DNA of 63,470 nucleotides from Candidatus Caldarchaeum sp. (GCA_038896555.1 JAWACZ010000005.1:1-63470), one strand, 5' to 3'. Counted from the stretch's first letter, positions 34,978 through 45,926 are shown. Numbers and translations: made by a program. Notes: generated from the sequence alone by a model not told the origin.

Positions 34978-36072
34978 ATGCTGACCGTTGAAAACTTGGT
35001 CAAAAAGTTCGGACACGTTAACGCGGTCAACGGAGTATCTCTTAATGTTGAAAAAGGTGAGTGCTTGGCTCTGCTTGGGCCAAGTGGATGTGGAAAGACC
35101 ACAACGCTGCGCTGTGTTGCGGGGTTGGAGAAACCCGACGAGGGTGAGATTAAGATAGACGACCATGTTGTTTTCTCTAAGAATGTGTTTCTACCACCTG
35201 AGAAAAGAAGCGTTGGCATGGTCTTCCAGAGTTACGCCCTCTGGCCTCACATGACCGTGTTCGACAACATAGCTTACCCTTTAAAAATAAGGAAATATCC
35301 CAAGCATATGATTCGGTCTGAAGTAAATCACGTACTAGAACTTGTGGGCTTGTCTGGGCTTGAAAAAAGATATCCAAGTCAACTTAGCGGCGGGCAACAA
35401 CAGCGTGTCGCGCTGGCTAGGGCAATAGTCTACAAGCCGATTCTTCTTCTTTTTGACGAGCCGTTAAGCAACCTTGACGCCAACCTCAGAGAAAAGATGA
35501 GGGTTGAGCTGAAACGGTTGCTAAAAAAGATCGGGCTTACCTCTCTTTACGTGACGCATGACCAGGAAGAAGCTTTCGTTATAGCCGACAAGGTTGCTGT
35601 GATGAACGCTGGAAAAGTGATTCAGACCGGTATGCCTATAGAGATATACGAAAGACCTTCCAGCAGATTTGTTGCAGAGTTCATAGGGCGTTCAAACCTG
35701 ATTGAAGTAAGGGTGGTTGAGAGAGGCAGCGGTGACTCCGATGGGTTGATTTCGTTTAAGAAGCTAGAAGACGTTCTGCTAAGATGTAAAGTTCCTGACT
35801 ATGTTCGCATGGACGGCATGGCAGTCATAAGGTCTAACGAAATATTGATATACGAGACCAAACCTGCAGCGCAGTATAACGTACTTTCCGGAACGATATC
35901 CTTCATCGAGTTTCGTGGTCAGCATGTTGATCTCAGGGTAGATGTCGGCCAAGGATTGGAACTTCTGGTCAGTACCCATCGATATTGTGGATTAGATTCT
36001 TTGAGCAGCCTGGAAGTGGGCAAAAAGGTTTATCTTCAAGTGAAGCCGCAAGCCATAACACTCATCAGATAA
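34978..36072 (+). CDS. ABC transporter ATP-binding protein (PotA/FbpC/MalK type with a C-terminal TOBE-like domain)
   Basis: GPSGCGKTT, LSGGQQQRVALARA and LLLFDEPLSNLD are present. The likely start is the ATG at 34978 (MLTVENLVKKFG), with TATATATA about 35 nt upstream. The track ORF starts at 34891. Confidence 0.85.
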   Translation: MLTVENLVKKFGHVNAVNGVSLNVEKGECLALLGPSGCGKTTTLRCVAGLEKPDEGEIKIDDHVVFSKNVFLPPEKRSVGMVFQSYALWPHMTVFDNIAYPLKIRKYPKHMIRSEVNHVLELVGLSGLEKRYPSQLSGGQQQRVALARAIVYKPILLLFDEPLSNLDANLREKMRVELKRLLKKIGLTSLYVTHDQEEAFVIADKVAVMNAGKVIQTGMPIEIYERPSSRFVAEFIGRSNLIEVRVVERGSGDSDGLISFKKLEDVLLRCKVPDYVRMDGMAVIRSNEILIYETKPAAQYNVLSGTISFIEFRGQHVDLRVDVGQGLELLVSTHRYCGLDSLSSLEVGKKVYLQVKPQAITLIR

Positions 36073-36532
36073 ACATCAACATGTTTGCCGATAACACAAA
36101 CGCAATTTTATAGGAATTTTCCCCCAGCGAAGCTCGGCATGCCGTTGAAAAAAGTTGACCGTCGTGCAAAAGGGCTTGAACGTTTCAGACAATGATAAAG
36201 CTGGGACGGAGAAAACAGCGGCCCATGTTACTGCCAGATGAAGCGCCACGATGTTTTGCACTGTTTCTGCAATCCTAGATTTAACAGACGATGTTAGATT
36301 AGTCCCCTTCCATAGTTGACCTCGTGAACATCACAAGGATTTAAAGAGATGTTCAGTGCATCGATGCTCTACCAATCGACCTTTTACCCCTACTGTGAGG
36401 GGTGCCGTGTCAAAACACAGACATATAGATACCCCGCATGTAACTGGGGGTCTGGGATTAATAGCCCTGTAAAACCGACTGAGGCTCTGCGATCGGCCTC
36501 ACAAAAACGTAAAACAGGATGGGGGTAGGTTT

Positions 36533-37678
36533 TCAGTAGGATTTCGGCAGACCTAAAACATGTCTTCCGATGTAGCTTAAGATAAGCTCGTTGGTTACCG
36601 GCACGGTTATAAAGACTCTTGTCGCTGGGTAGAAAGTGATCATGTCTGTGTCGAGGTCGTATGCGTTGCCGCCCAACGTCTGCATCGCTATCTCAAACGC
36701 CTCCAACCCCGCCTCAGAAGCCAAATACTTCGCCATGTTGGCCTCAGCACCGACTTGTTTTCCGGCGTCATAAAGCCGCGCTGCCTCATAGTTCATAAGA
36801 CGGGCCGCCTCAAGATGGGCTTTAGCTCTCGCCATCCGGAACTGCAGTCCTTGGTACGCCCCTATGGGTTTGTCGAAGACAACCCTCTGCTTCGCATACT
36901 CTACACCCCTAGTCAGCACGTGATCGCCTAAGCCTATGCTGCAGGCCGCTATCAAAATCCTCTCGACGTTTAGGCCGTCAAACAAATAGTCAACCCCTCT
37001 TCCCTCACGTCCGATAAGGTTTTCAGCACCCAGCTCAACTTCGTCAAAATAAACGGTGTACTGTGTTTCTGGAGAGTATAACTCTATGTTGAGCGGCTCA
37101 AATGATATCCCGCTTGACTTGGTTTCGAAGACAAACAAGGATATGCCTTCGCGCTTGTCGCTCACTTCCTCGTATTTTTTCGTCCTAGCCACTACGAGCA
37201 TGTAGTCAGACTCACGTGCTCCTGTGATGAAAGTTTTCTGGCCGGTGAGTATGTAGCTTCCGTTCTTTTTCTTAGCGAAAGTTTTTATCCGCCACGTGTT
37301 GGAGCCAGCCTCGGTCTCGGTAACGGCGAAACTTATTTTTCTCGCCTCGTTGCATGTGGGGATTACAAACCTTTCAACCTGAGACCTTGTACCATGTTTT
37401 ACGATAATAGACCTTGAGAGATGCGTTGTCAGAAACTGTAGAAGCGGAAGCCCAGCACGTGCTAGGCCTTCTTGTACGAGGACGGCCTCCAAAAGCCCGT
37501 AACCAGCCACGCCATCAACCCCCATGCCCACTCCCGTGAGCCCGGCTTTCAGCAACCCGTCCCAGACAAGCTCAGGCTGTTTTTTCTCGCGCGCACACTG
37601 CAGCCAATACCGGCGGCCAACTTTCTCGCCGATCTTCTGGGCTGTTTGAAGAATCAAAACCTGCTCATCTGACAGCAT
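36533..37678 (-). CDS. Acyl-CoA dehydrogenase
   Basis: 381 aa. It contains FAVTETEAGSN and KTFITGA, and a C-terminal helical domain with AKYLASEA. Confidence 0.85.
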   Translation of the reverse strand: MLSDEQVLILQTAQKIGEKVGRRYWLQCAREKKQPELVWDGLLKAGLTGVGMGVDGVAGYGLLEAVLVQEGLARAGLPLLQFLTTHLSRSIIVKHGTRSQVERFVIPTCNEARKISFAVTETEAGSNTWRIKTFAKKKNGSYILTGQKTFITGARESDYMLVVARTKKYEEVSDKREGISLFVFETKSSGISFEPLNIELYSPETQYTVYFDEVELGAENLIGREGRGVDYLFDGLNVERILIAACSIGLGDHVLTRGVEYAKQRVVFDKPIGAYQGLQFRMARAKAHLEAARLMNYEAARLYDAGKQVGAEANMAKYLASEAGLEAFEIAMQTLGGNAYDLDTDMITFYPATRVFITVPVTNELILSYIGRHVLGLPKSY

Positions 37679-37906
37679 GGAATATCAACCGCCTCTGGAT
37701 AAATAAAACTTATCGAGTTTTCAACAACACGTTAGCCGCGTCTAAACACCGCTCCTTTCTATGTCTAGTCCAGCACTCTGGAGCTATCTAAATGGTGTTT
37801 GGTCTTGCTGATGTTCTTCCGGAGCACGTGCGTCAACAACCTTTATAGGGTGTTTGTGTTTTCAACGGAAATTTATAAATAGGGTGTTTAAGACCGTTTT
37901 AACGGC

Positions 37907-38095
37907 TTGGTTTCAGCACGGGCAGTAGTTAGGTATGGGCTGAAGGCTGTCGGGGCCTGTCTTTTGGCGGGCTCAGGCTACATCGCTTACCAGATGTCCC
38001 TCACGTCTTTTTCCACAACACCCGTCATAGGTGTGCTGACGGCTTTCTTCACGGCTCTGATGGTTGCAGGCTCTATGCTGCTTCTTTTTGCATAA
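37907..38095 (+). CDS. Small two-TM membrane protein upstream of thrC
   Basis: 62 aa with a TTG start. TATA AAATTTATAAATA lies about 25-30 nt upstream. Hydrophobic. No family was recognised. Confidence 0.3.
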   Translation: MVSARAVVRYGLKAVGACLLAGSGYIAYQMSLTSFSTTPVIGVLTAFFTALMVAGSMLLLFA

Positions 38096-38107
38096 GCAGG
38101 GTTTGAC

Positions 38108-39319
38108 GTGAAGCTCTCAGCTGTTCAAGCATGTATCTTGTGCAAAGCCGAATACCCAGCTGACGAAGTGGTATACCGATGCAGCTCATGCGGCTCACTG
38201 CTTGAGGTCAGGATGAATCTCGACGACGTGAACGGCCGCAGCATGGTTGAGGGATGGGTGGGCCGTGAAAAAACCATCTGGCGTTACCGTGAGCTGATCC
38301 CCGTTAAGGCTGCTGCTGTTACGTTGAAAGAAGGTGGGACGCCATTGTATGAGGCTGAAAAAGCGGCGAGGTGGGCGGGGGTAAAGAGAATTCTAGTAAA
38401 GTTTGAGGGGTTGAACCCGACGGGAAGCTTCAAAGACCGGGGGATGAGCGTTGGTGTTTCTAAAGCCGTTGAGCTCAAGAAATCCATCGTTGTCTGCGCG
38501 TCGACGGGAAACACGGCCTCCTCGATGGCGGCTTACGCAGCGGCGGCTGGCCTCAAGCCTGTCGTGGTCATCCCCAAGTCTGGGGTGGCCGCCGGAAAGC
38601 TTTTCCAAACAATTCTTCATGGCGCCAAAACCTTACAGGTCAGCGAAAGCTTCGACAAAGCCCTAGGCATGGTATTGGGTTCACGGCTTTCGGCAGAATC
38701 ATACATACTTAACTCTGTCAACCCATGGCGTATCGAAGGGCAGAAAACCCTCGCATTAGAGCTATGGGAAAAGCTCAAAACCACCGACTATCTTGTAAGC
38801 ATACCCGTGGGAAACTGCGGCAACATCTCAGCCCTTTGGAAAGGGTTTAAAGAACTACATACGCTGGACTTGATAAGAAGGTTTCCACGCTTGATCGCCG
38901 TCCAGGCCGAGGGTGCGTCACCGTTCGTTGACATGGTCAACCGAGGCGACGACAAGCTGATACCTGTTGAAAACCCTTCGACGATAGCCTCGGCGATAAG
39001 GATTGGCAAGCCCGTGAACTGGATGAAGGCTTTAAAAGCCGTAAGAGAATCTGAAGGCTTGGCTGTGAAAGTCAGCGACCAGCTTATCCTTGAGGCGCAG
39101 AGGGTCTTGGCCTCTGAGGTCGGCATAGGCGTTGAACCAGCTTCAGCCGCTTCGCTTGCAGGAGTTAAAAAGCTTGTGGGGGAAGGCCTCGTCGACAGAT
39201 GCTCAACCGTCGTCTGCGTGGCAACGGGACACGCTCTCAAAGACCCTAACATCGAAATTATCTCAAAGTATATTCACCAAGAGATATCTTCAGATGATGA
39301 GACGCTAAAGAGTCTTTAA
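38108..39319 (+). CDS. thrC: Threonine synthase
   Basis: PLP-lysine motif FEGLNPTGSFKDRG. An N-terminal Cys4 ribbon (CILC...CSSC) is typical of archaeal ThrC. Confidence 0.9.
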   Translation: MKLSAVQACILCKAEYPADEVVYRCSSCGSLLEVRMNLDDVNGRSMVEGWVGREKTIWRYRELIPVKAAAVTLKEGGTPLYEAEKAARWAGVKRILVKFEGLNPTGSFKDRGMSVGVSKAVELKKSIVVCASTGNTASSMAAYAAAAGLKPVVVIPKSGVAAGKLFQTILHGAKTLQVSESFDKALGMVLGSRLSAESYILNSVNPWRIEGQKTLALELWEKLKTTDYLVSIPVGNCGNISALWKGFKELHTLDLIRRFPRLIAVQAEGASPFVDMVNRGDDKLIPVENPSTIASAIRIGKPVNWMKALKAVRESEGLAVKVSDQLILEAQRVLASEVGIGVEPASAASLAGVKKLVGEGLVDRCSTVVCVATGHALKDPNIEIISKYIHQEISSDDETLKSL

Positions 39320-39348
39320 ATGGCGCCCTGCCAAAAAGAGTTAGGTGT

Positions 39349-40833
39349 GTGCAGATGGCTCCGCAACTAGAGAAAACAGCCCCAAACATCTGGCGGATAC
39401 CTGAGACCTACCGCAGAGACATGAAGGCTCCGGTCATAGTCTATGCTTCTGAAAGACTTTTGGAGAAGATGAAGACAGACCGAACTCTTGAGCAGGCGGT
39501 CAACGTCGCAAGCCTTCCAGGCATAGTGAAACAAGCAATCGTCCTGCCAGACGCTCATGAAGGATACGGCTTCCCCATAGGCGGCGTAGCGGCCATGGAC
39601 GCCACCGAAGGAGTCATATCACCTGGTGGTGTCGGCTACGACATCAACTGCGGCGTGCGGTTAATGGTTACGAACCTTACACTCAACGAGGTGAAACCCA
39701 AGATAGTGGAGCTTGTCAACACTGTTTTTAGGAATGTTCCAGCAGGGCTTGGTTCCAGGCGGAAAGACTTCGTCGTAACACATTCCGACCTCGACAGAGT
39801 GGCTCTTGAGGGTGCCCGTTACGTCATTGAAAAATATGGTCTGGGCTGGAGCGAAGATTTCAGGAAGATGGAGGAAGAGGGTCGGTATCCCAGCTACAAG
39901 GCTGGAAACATCCCGGACCCAGACCCGGGGGTTGTGTCGAGAGAGGCAAAAGCACGTGGGGAATCACAGATAGGGACGCTTGGAAGCGGGAACCATTTTC
40001 TCGAAATACAGCGCGTGGACAAAATCTATGACCATAAGGCTGCGAAGGCCATGGGCATCTTCCAAGAAGGCCAGATAACTGTTTTAATCCACTGTGGAAG
40101 CCGTGGCTACGGCCATCAGATTTGCAGCGACTATCTAAGGGTGATGGAGAGAGCCGTGGCCAAGTATGGTCTCAGGCTTCCCGACAGAGAGCTTGCCTGT
40201 ACTCCCGCAAACAGCCCCGAGGCCAACCAATACCTCAAAGCCTTTGGATGCGCTGTAAACTTTGCCTTCGCCAACAGACAGGCCATAAGCCACTGGGTTA
40301 GACAAAGCTTCGAACAGGTCTTCAAGAGGAAGGCTGACGACATGGGGATGCAGATAGTTTACGACGTCTGCCACAACATAGTAAAGCTTGAGAAGCATAA
40401 AGTCGACGGCAGCGACCGCGATGTTTTCGTCCACCGGAAAGGTGCTACGAGAAGCTTTCCAGCAGGACATCCGTTAATACCGGAGGTTTACAGGGAGGTT
40501 GGCCAGCCTGTCCTTATCCCAGGCTCTATGGGTACGGCGAGCTGGGTTTTGCTGGGAAGCGAGAAGGCGATGAGCCTCAGCTTCGGCAGCACCGCCCACG
40601 GAGCAGGCAGAGAGATGAGCAGAAGCGGCGCCAAGCGACGTTACAGGGGAGACCAGGTTTTGAGGGAGCTTGAGAGCAGGGGCATATACGTCAAGGGCGA
40701 CAGCATGGAGACGGTCGTCGAAGAGGTTGACGCCGCATACAAGTCTGTCGACGAGGTTGTCGAGGTAAGCCATCAGGTCGGGATAGGGACTAAAGTGGCC
40801 CGCCTCGTGCCGATAGGCGTTGTCAAAGGCTAA
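39349..40833 (+). CDS. rtcB: RNA-splicing ligase RtcB
   Basis: PDAHEGYGFPIGGV, GGVGYDINCG, GSGNHFLE, HCGSRGYGHQ and HRKGATR are the canonical RtcB motifs. The start may be the ATG at 39355. Confidence 0.95.
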   Translation: MQMAPQLEKTAPNIWRIPETYRRDMKAPVIVYASERLLEKMKTDRTLEQAVNVASLPGIVKQAIVLPDAHEGYGFPIGGVAAMDATEGVISPGGVGYDINCGVRLMVTNLTLNEVKPKIVELVNTVFRNVPAGLGSRRKDFVVTHSDLDRVALEGARYVIEKYGLGWSEDFRKMEEEGRYPSYKAGNIPDPDPGVVSREAKARGESQIGTLGSGNHFLEIQRVDKIYDHKAAKAMGIFQEGQITVLIHCGSRGYGHQICSDYLRVMERAVAKYGLRLPDRELACTPANSPEANQYLKAFGCAVNFAFANRQAISHWVRQSFEQVFKRKADDMGMQIVYDVCHNIVKLEKHKVDGSDRDVFVHRKGATRSFPAGHPLIPEVYREVGQPVLIPGSMGTASWVLLGSEKAMSLSFGSTAHGAGREMSRSGAKRRYRGDQVLRELESRGIYVKGDSMETVVEEVDAAYKSVDEVVEVSHQVGIGTKVARLVPIGVVKG

Positions 40834-41110
40834 ACCTTTTGTCAACCTTCATCGAACCCTTCAACATCTTCTCAAGAAACGCCAGTCTCTCTTCATGCGA
40901 TAGGAGGGATGACATCAGAAAAACGTCAAAAGCGTCACGGGCCGGATACATGCTGCCGGCGTGGACGTACCGGTAAGAATGGTCTACCAGGCGGTCAAAA
41001 GACTCCCTCTCATCCTTGAGCAACGCCCTCCTAAAAGAAGCCCATTTAGCTATCTCCGCTTCAAGCCTCTGCCTGTAAGTCATGGCTGTCCTTCCCAAAC
41101 CATATAACAC
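40823..41110 (-). CDS. Hypothetical small protein
   Basis: 95-aa ORF, convergent with rtcB and overlapping it by 11 nt. Predicted helical. No family was recognised. Confidence 0.3.
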   Translation of the reverse strand: MLYGLGRTAMTYRQRLEAEIAKWASFRRALLKDERESFDRLVDHSYRYVHAGSMYPARDAFDVFLMSSLLSHEERLAFLEKMLKGSMKVDKRFSL

Positions 41111-41282
41111 AATGCTGACGTCGTTGATAAAAGTAATTCTTCCACAGCATTACACAAAGCATACATGTTTCACCAATGGTCTAGCCAATTATTTTTTCCT
41201 TGTTAACCGATCGAAGGCGACGAAGCTGAAGTGCTATGCATCTCGGTAAAAGTATATAAGCGGCTCTGAAGCCATTGTCAGC

Positions 41283-42446
41283 ATGAAATCATCTGGTCGA
41301 GGTGGCGTCAGTAAAACTGTGTCAGGCATCCTGATGATCATCTTCCTCGTCGTGGGGATAGGCGCCGGATATTTTGCGGGGCAGTCTGGTGCAACTACCC
41401 AAATTGTCACCGTGAGGGCGACTGCGACGCTCATGTCTACCGTGACGGTGACCGCCACGGTGACGCAGACCGCCACGCCGACGCCGAAGGTTTTCTACCC
41501 TGCCGAGCTTGTGGAGGCCGCTAGGAGGGAGGGTAAACTGGTAATCTACCATACCCTGCCGCCTGCCCAGATGGACAAGTTAGTGGCGGAGTTTAAGCAG
41601 CGCTTCCCAGGAATCGAGGTTGAAACATGGAGGGGTGGGACGGCGGAACTACTGTCTAAAGTGCTTGGCGAATACAGGGGCGGCGTCTACGCCGTGGATG
41701 TCCTCTTCGGGAGCGACGCGCCGTTCGTGGTGCTCCACAGAGAAGGAGTCCTAGCACGTAGACCTCCAGAAGTGGTCCTGCCTGATGGCTTCCCGAGTGA
41801 GCTCATACTCGACATTGGATACGCCATAAGGCGCATATTCTTCGTGCTAATGTATAACACGAAGCTTGTCTCAGCGGAGATGGCGCCTAAGACGATCGAG
41901 GACCTTGCAAAGCCAGAGTGGAGAGGCAAGATATCCGCAGCAGATTTCACCACACATACACCCACCATCTACTTCCTCATGCAGCTGAAAGAGATGTGGG
42001 GTGAGGAGAAGTTCTGGAACTGGATGAAGGGCTTGCTGGCTAACAAGCCGATCTGGAAGCCCGAAACCCTGCCTGCCGCCGTTGCCGTGGAGTCTGGAGA
42101 AGCTGCAGTAGCGCTTACCGTTCACACAAACGTTGTAGTGGCGCTGGATAGAAAAGCTCCAGTAGGGTGGACATGGTTGAATCCTCTTATGGGATGGTCA
42201 ACGCCGCTGACCATGGCTGCCAGACCACCGCACCCGAACACCGCTAAGCTCTTCATCCAATTCATGCTTGTGGATGGGGTTAAGACGATGCAGGAAATCG
42301 GTGAGATGCCGCCATTATTAAACAAAGACCTGCCGATCCACCCGGTTCTTCAGTCGATACCGCCCAATCTCAGGTGGCTGCCAAACAAGATTTACACAGA
42401 CCAAGAGAGAGAAGCCTTCGTTGCGGAAGTCAAAAAGCTACTCTAA
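41283..42446 (+). CDS. ABC transporter extracellular solute-binding protein (family 1; Fe(III)/thiamine/polyamine-like type)
   Basis: N-terminal TM anchor followed by a Thr/Val-rich linker (TVTVTATVTQTATPTP). The binding-protein body contains LVIYHTL...AVDVLFGSD. TATA AAGTATATAAG lies about 25 nt upstream. Confidence 0.7.
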   Translation: MKSSGRGGVSKTVSGILMIIFLVVGIGAGYFAGQSGATTQIVTVRATATLMSTVTVTATVTQTATPTPKVFYPAELVEAARREGKLVIYHTLPPAQMDKLVAEFKQRFPGIEVETWRGGTAELLSKVLGEYRGGVYAVDVLFGSDAPFVVLHREGVLARRPPEVVLPDGFPSELILDIGYAIRRIFFVLMYNTKLVSAEMAPKTIEDLAKPEWRGKISAADFTTHTPTIYFLMQLKEMWGEEKFWNWMKGLLANKPIWKPETLPAAVAVESGEAAVALTVHTNVVVALDRKAPVGWTWLNPLMGWSTPLTMAARPPHPNTAKLFIQFMLVDGVKTMQEIGEMPPLLNKDLPIHPVLQSIPPNLRWLPNKIYTDQEREAFVAEVKKLL

Positions 42447-42449
42447 ACT

Positions 42450-44174
42450 GTGACGCAATCGGCACGGCGTCCCCACATGCCACTGTCGAGCCTAACCGCC
42501 AGAAATATAATACTGGTAGCGGCTATCGCTATAACCGGATATCTGTCTCTGAACCCGATGGCCTGGCTCCTCTTCGGGAGCTTCTGGAGTGCGGACCCAG
42601 GGAAGCCAGGTCATTTCACACTAGAAAACTACATGAGGGTCTTCAGTTCAAGCGACCTTATCGTTTCCCTACTTAACTCGGCTTACTACGCCTTAGGTGC
42701 CGCGTTGATCTCGACGCTGATAGGCTTCGCGCTTGCATGGATAGTGACTAGGACTAACACACCCTTCAGGAGCATCATAGAGGTCATGGCTGTCATGCCC
42801 TACATGATTCCGATGCTACTTCTCTCGATAAGCTATGTCTTCCTTCTCAGCCCTAGGATGGGGATTATCAACAGTCTCTTAAAGGGGCTGTTCAACCTGA
42901 GCGAGGCCCCGTTCAACATCTACTCTCTAGAGGGGATGATATGGGTGATGGCGATCTTCGAAGCCCCATTCTCTTATCTGATAATCTCTGCAGCACTTAA
43001 GAACATGGACCCAACACTGGAGGAGGCCGGCAAAGTCGCAGGCTCATCTACCCTCTCGGTGGTTAGGAGAATTGTCATCCCGATACTGATGCCGGCTCTC
43101 CTCGCCTCTTTCATGATAAACGTGATAAGGTCACTGGAGATACTTGACATACCAGCTATCCTTGGGCTGCCAGCCCGTGTAATGGTTTTGCCGACGATGA
43201 TCTACACCACACTTTGGTCGGGGTTAGCTCCCGACCTGCGCGGGGCGACCAGCATCTCGGTCATATTGTTCGCCCTGACTGCGGGCCTGATATATTTATA
43301 CAGGTACTTTACTCAGCAGACATACAGGTACGCAACCATCGGAGGCCGTGGGCATACTCAAACTTTTAACGACATAGGAAAATGGAGATATGTCACGTTC
43401 GCATTCGCCTTGTTCTATTTTATGCTTTCAAGTGTCCTCCCCCTCTTAGTCATCCTATTCTTCTCCTTCATGCCGAGGCTCAAGGCTCCTGAGCTAGAAG
43501 ACCTTTGGAACCTAACGCTCAAGAACTACGTCGAAATCTTCAACTATCCCGTAGCATTCAGAGCGTTCTTCAATAGCCTCTTCCTCTCAACAGCCGGAGC
43601 GTCGTTAGCAATCCTCCTATGCTTCTTGGTATCTTACATCTCGGTGAGGATGCGCGGGAGGGGGAGCGGGATCCTCGAGACTGTAGCCTCGCTGCCCTTC
43701 GCCACGCCCAGCCTAGTCATGGCGGTAGGGTTGATGTGGGCATATCTTTTCATACCCATAGGCATATACGGGACCATCTGGATCCTCATGGTCGGGTACA
43801 TAACAAGGTTCCTGCCCTTCGGCATCCGCTCGGTTTCAGTGAGTCTTTTACAGATACATAAGGACCTCGAGGACTCCTCTAAAGTCTGTGGTGCATCATG
43901 GCTCAGGACTCTTTACAACATCCTCCTCCCCCTAGCAAGACCAGGAATAATAGCGGGATGGATCGTCCTAGCAGTTATCTTCCTGAGGGAGTTCAGCATC
44001 TCTATCCTTCTTTACAGGGCAGGCTCAGAAGTTCTTCCGGTAGTCATCTTTGACATGTACATCAACGGCTTCTGGCCCACTCTCAGCGCTATCGGCTCTT
44101 TAATGGTGGTCATTAGCTTGGCACTCACGTTCATCGCTCTCCGCCTAGGAAGGATCTCCAGCATAGCTGGCTAG
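42450..44174 (+). CDS. ABC transporter permease, fused double-domain (FbpB/ThiP-like)
   Basis: 574 aa with two tandem permease modules, each carrying an EAA-like loop (LEEAGKVAGSS..., LEDSSKVCGAS...). Confidence 0.8.
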   Translation: MTQSARRPHMPLSSLTARNIILVAAIAITGYLSLNPMAWLLFGSFWSADPGKPGHFTLENYMRVFSSSDLIVSLLNSAYYALGAALISTLIGFALAWIVTRTNTPFRSIIEVMAVMPYMIPMLLLSISYVFLLSPRMGIINSLLKGLFNLSEAPFNIYSLEGMIWVMAIFEAPFSYLIISAALKNMDPTLEEAGKVAGSSTLSVVRRIVIPILMPALLASFMINVIRSLEILDIPAILGLPARVMVLPTMIYTTLWSGLAPDLRGATSISVILFALTAGLIYLYRYFTQQTYRYATIGGRGHTQTFNDIGKWRYVTFAFALFYFMLSSVLPLLVILFFSFMPRLKAPELEDLWNLTLKNYVEIFNYPVAFRAFFNSLFLSTAGASLAILLCFLVSYISVRMRGRGSGILETVASLPFATPSLVMAVGLMWAYLFIPIGIYGTIWILMVGYITRFLPFGIRSVSVSLLQIHKDLEDSSKVCGASWLRTLYNILLPLARPGIIAGWIVLAVIFLREFSISILLYRAGSEVLPVVIFDMYINGFWPTLSAIGSLMVVISLALTFIALRLGRISSIAG

Positions 44175-44243
44175 CCAACGGCCCGCATCGAACGGCTTGC
44201 CCCATGGGTAAGGTATTTATACTTCTTAGACATAGCTCAACGC

Positions 44244-45866
44244 ATGCCGTCACTTCAACAGGTTGCTCAACGCTACTATAAAGATCTCAGAGAATGGCTG
44301 GATATATTAGAGAAGAATGATATACTTGTTCGCGTGAAAGTTCCAGTACGGAAGGAGACAGAGCTCACACCTCTTGTCCGTCTCCAGTTCAGGGGCCTCC
44401 CCGAGGACCAGAGGAAGGGCTTCCTCTTCGAAAGGGTCACCGACGCCAAAGGCAGGATGTACGAAATGAAAGTCGCCACGGGAGTGTATGCCTCAAGCAT
44501 GAAGATGTATGCGATGGGGCTGATGTGCAAGCCGACCAACGAAGCGATCGCTGAGAAGTGGGCAAAGGCGCAGCTCGAGCCCATCGAGCCTAAGATCGTC
44601 GGTTCAGCACCGGTTCAAGAGATCGTTTACACCGGTAAGGACCTCCTAGAGGATGGGAAGGGCATTGAGGCGTTGCCAGTGCCTGTCGAGGTCCCTGGTT
44701 TCAGCGGCCAGATAAGGACAACCACTCAGTTCATAACAAAGACGCCCGACGGTACGTGGAGAAACATGGGCGAGTATTCTGGTCACATCTTCGGGAAGAC
44801 GAAACTCCTCTGGGAGATTAGCAGGGCGAACCACGGCTACGTACACTGGAAGGCTTGGAAGGAGCTCGGGAAGCCCATGCCTGCGGCGATAGTGATAGGC
44901 GGTCCACCGGTCTTCTTTTACGTCGCTGCTGCTAAGCTTCCCCACGGTGTCGACGAGCTGGCCGTCGCCGGCGGTTTCGCAGGCGAGCCAATAGAGCTGG
45001 TTAGGTGTAAGACCATAGACTTGGAGGTTCCAGCCCACGCCGAGATAATTGTGGAAGGGCTCGTGTCGACGGAATACGTGGAGCCAGGTAACTCTTTCGG
45101 TGAGTATAACGGCTACATGGCGACCGAGGTCATGCTTAGGCCACTATTCCAAGTAACTGCAGTGACGCATAGGCTGGACCCGATATTCGTCCACGTAATG
45201 AGCCAGTTCCCACCCAGCGAGAGCAGCAAGGTCAGATTGATCTCGTCTGAGAACGTATACCTCAAGTACCTGAAGCATGACTGCCGCCTGCCTGGAATAC
45301 TCGACGTAGCTTGGCACGAGATGAGCCAGGCTCAATGGTGCGTGATAAGGATCAAGAAGCAGGATAACGCTCATGCTTGGAGGGTCCTCCACTCGGCAGC
45401 TGCGTACGACGCTAGGTGGGGAAAGTTCTTCATAGTAGTTGACGAGGACATCGACCCCAGAGACCTAGATTCGGTTATCTGGGCCATGGGATGGCGCGTC
45501 CAGCCAGCGACCGATATGCAGGTCATCCATGGCAGGATTCCTGGCCTCGATATATCGGCGTACAGACCGGACGCTGACCCGAGGGAGAAAGAGTACCCGG
45601 GTAGGATAGGGAGCTCGGCAATCCTGATAGACGCCACGATCAAGTACCCATATCCGCCGACCTCGCTCCCGAGGAAGGAGTACATGGAGCGGGCCATTGA
45701 GCTCTGGAAGAGCCTCGGTCTCCCTGAGCTTAATCTTAAAAAACCATGGTATGGATACCAGCTAGGGTACTGGCCGAAAGAGTTCGAGAAGGACGCTGAG
45801 CTGGTGCTTAAAGGGGAGCACTACAAGGTAGGTGAGAGGCTAGAGAAGGGGAGGGTGCGAGTCTAG
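44244..45866 (+). CDS. UbiD-family (prFMN-dependent) decarboxylase/carboxylase, paralog 1
   Basis: 540 aa. The N-terminus DLREWLDILEKNDILVRVKVPV...ELTPL...FLFERV and the C-terminus FIVVDEDIDPRDLDSVIWAMGWRVQP are UbiD hallmarks. Confidence 0.85.
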   Translation: MPSLQQVAQRYYKDLREWLDILEKNDILVRVKVPVRKETELTPLVRLQFRGLPEDQRKGFLFERVTDAKGRMYEMKVATGVYASSMKMYAMGLMCKPTNEAIAEKWAKAQLEPIEPKIVGSAPVQEIVYTGKDLLEDGKGIEALPVPVEVPGFSGQIRTTTQFITKTPDGTWRNMGEYSGHIFGKTKLLWEISRANHGYVHWKAWKELGKPMPAAIVIGGPPVFFYVAAAKLPHGVDELAVAGGFAGEPIELVRCKTIDLEVPAHAEIIVEGLVSTEYVEPGNSFGEYNGYMATEVMLRPLFQVTAVTHRLDPIFVHVMSQFPPSESSKVRLISSENVYLKYLKHDCRLPGILDVAWHEMSQAQWCVIRIKKQDNAHAWRVLHSAAAYDARWGKFFIVVDEDIDPRDLDSVIWAMGWRVQPATDMQVIHGRIPGLDISAYRPDADPREKEYPGRIGSSAILIDATIKYPYPPTSLPRKEYMERAIELWKSLGLPELNLKKPWYGYQLGYWPKEFEKDAELVLKGEHYKVGERLEKGRVRV

Positions 45867-45926
45867 TCTAGAACAAGAGAGCTGTGGCTAAACTCATGTC
45901 CCCTGAATCGGGGATGGGGTCCATTC

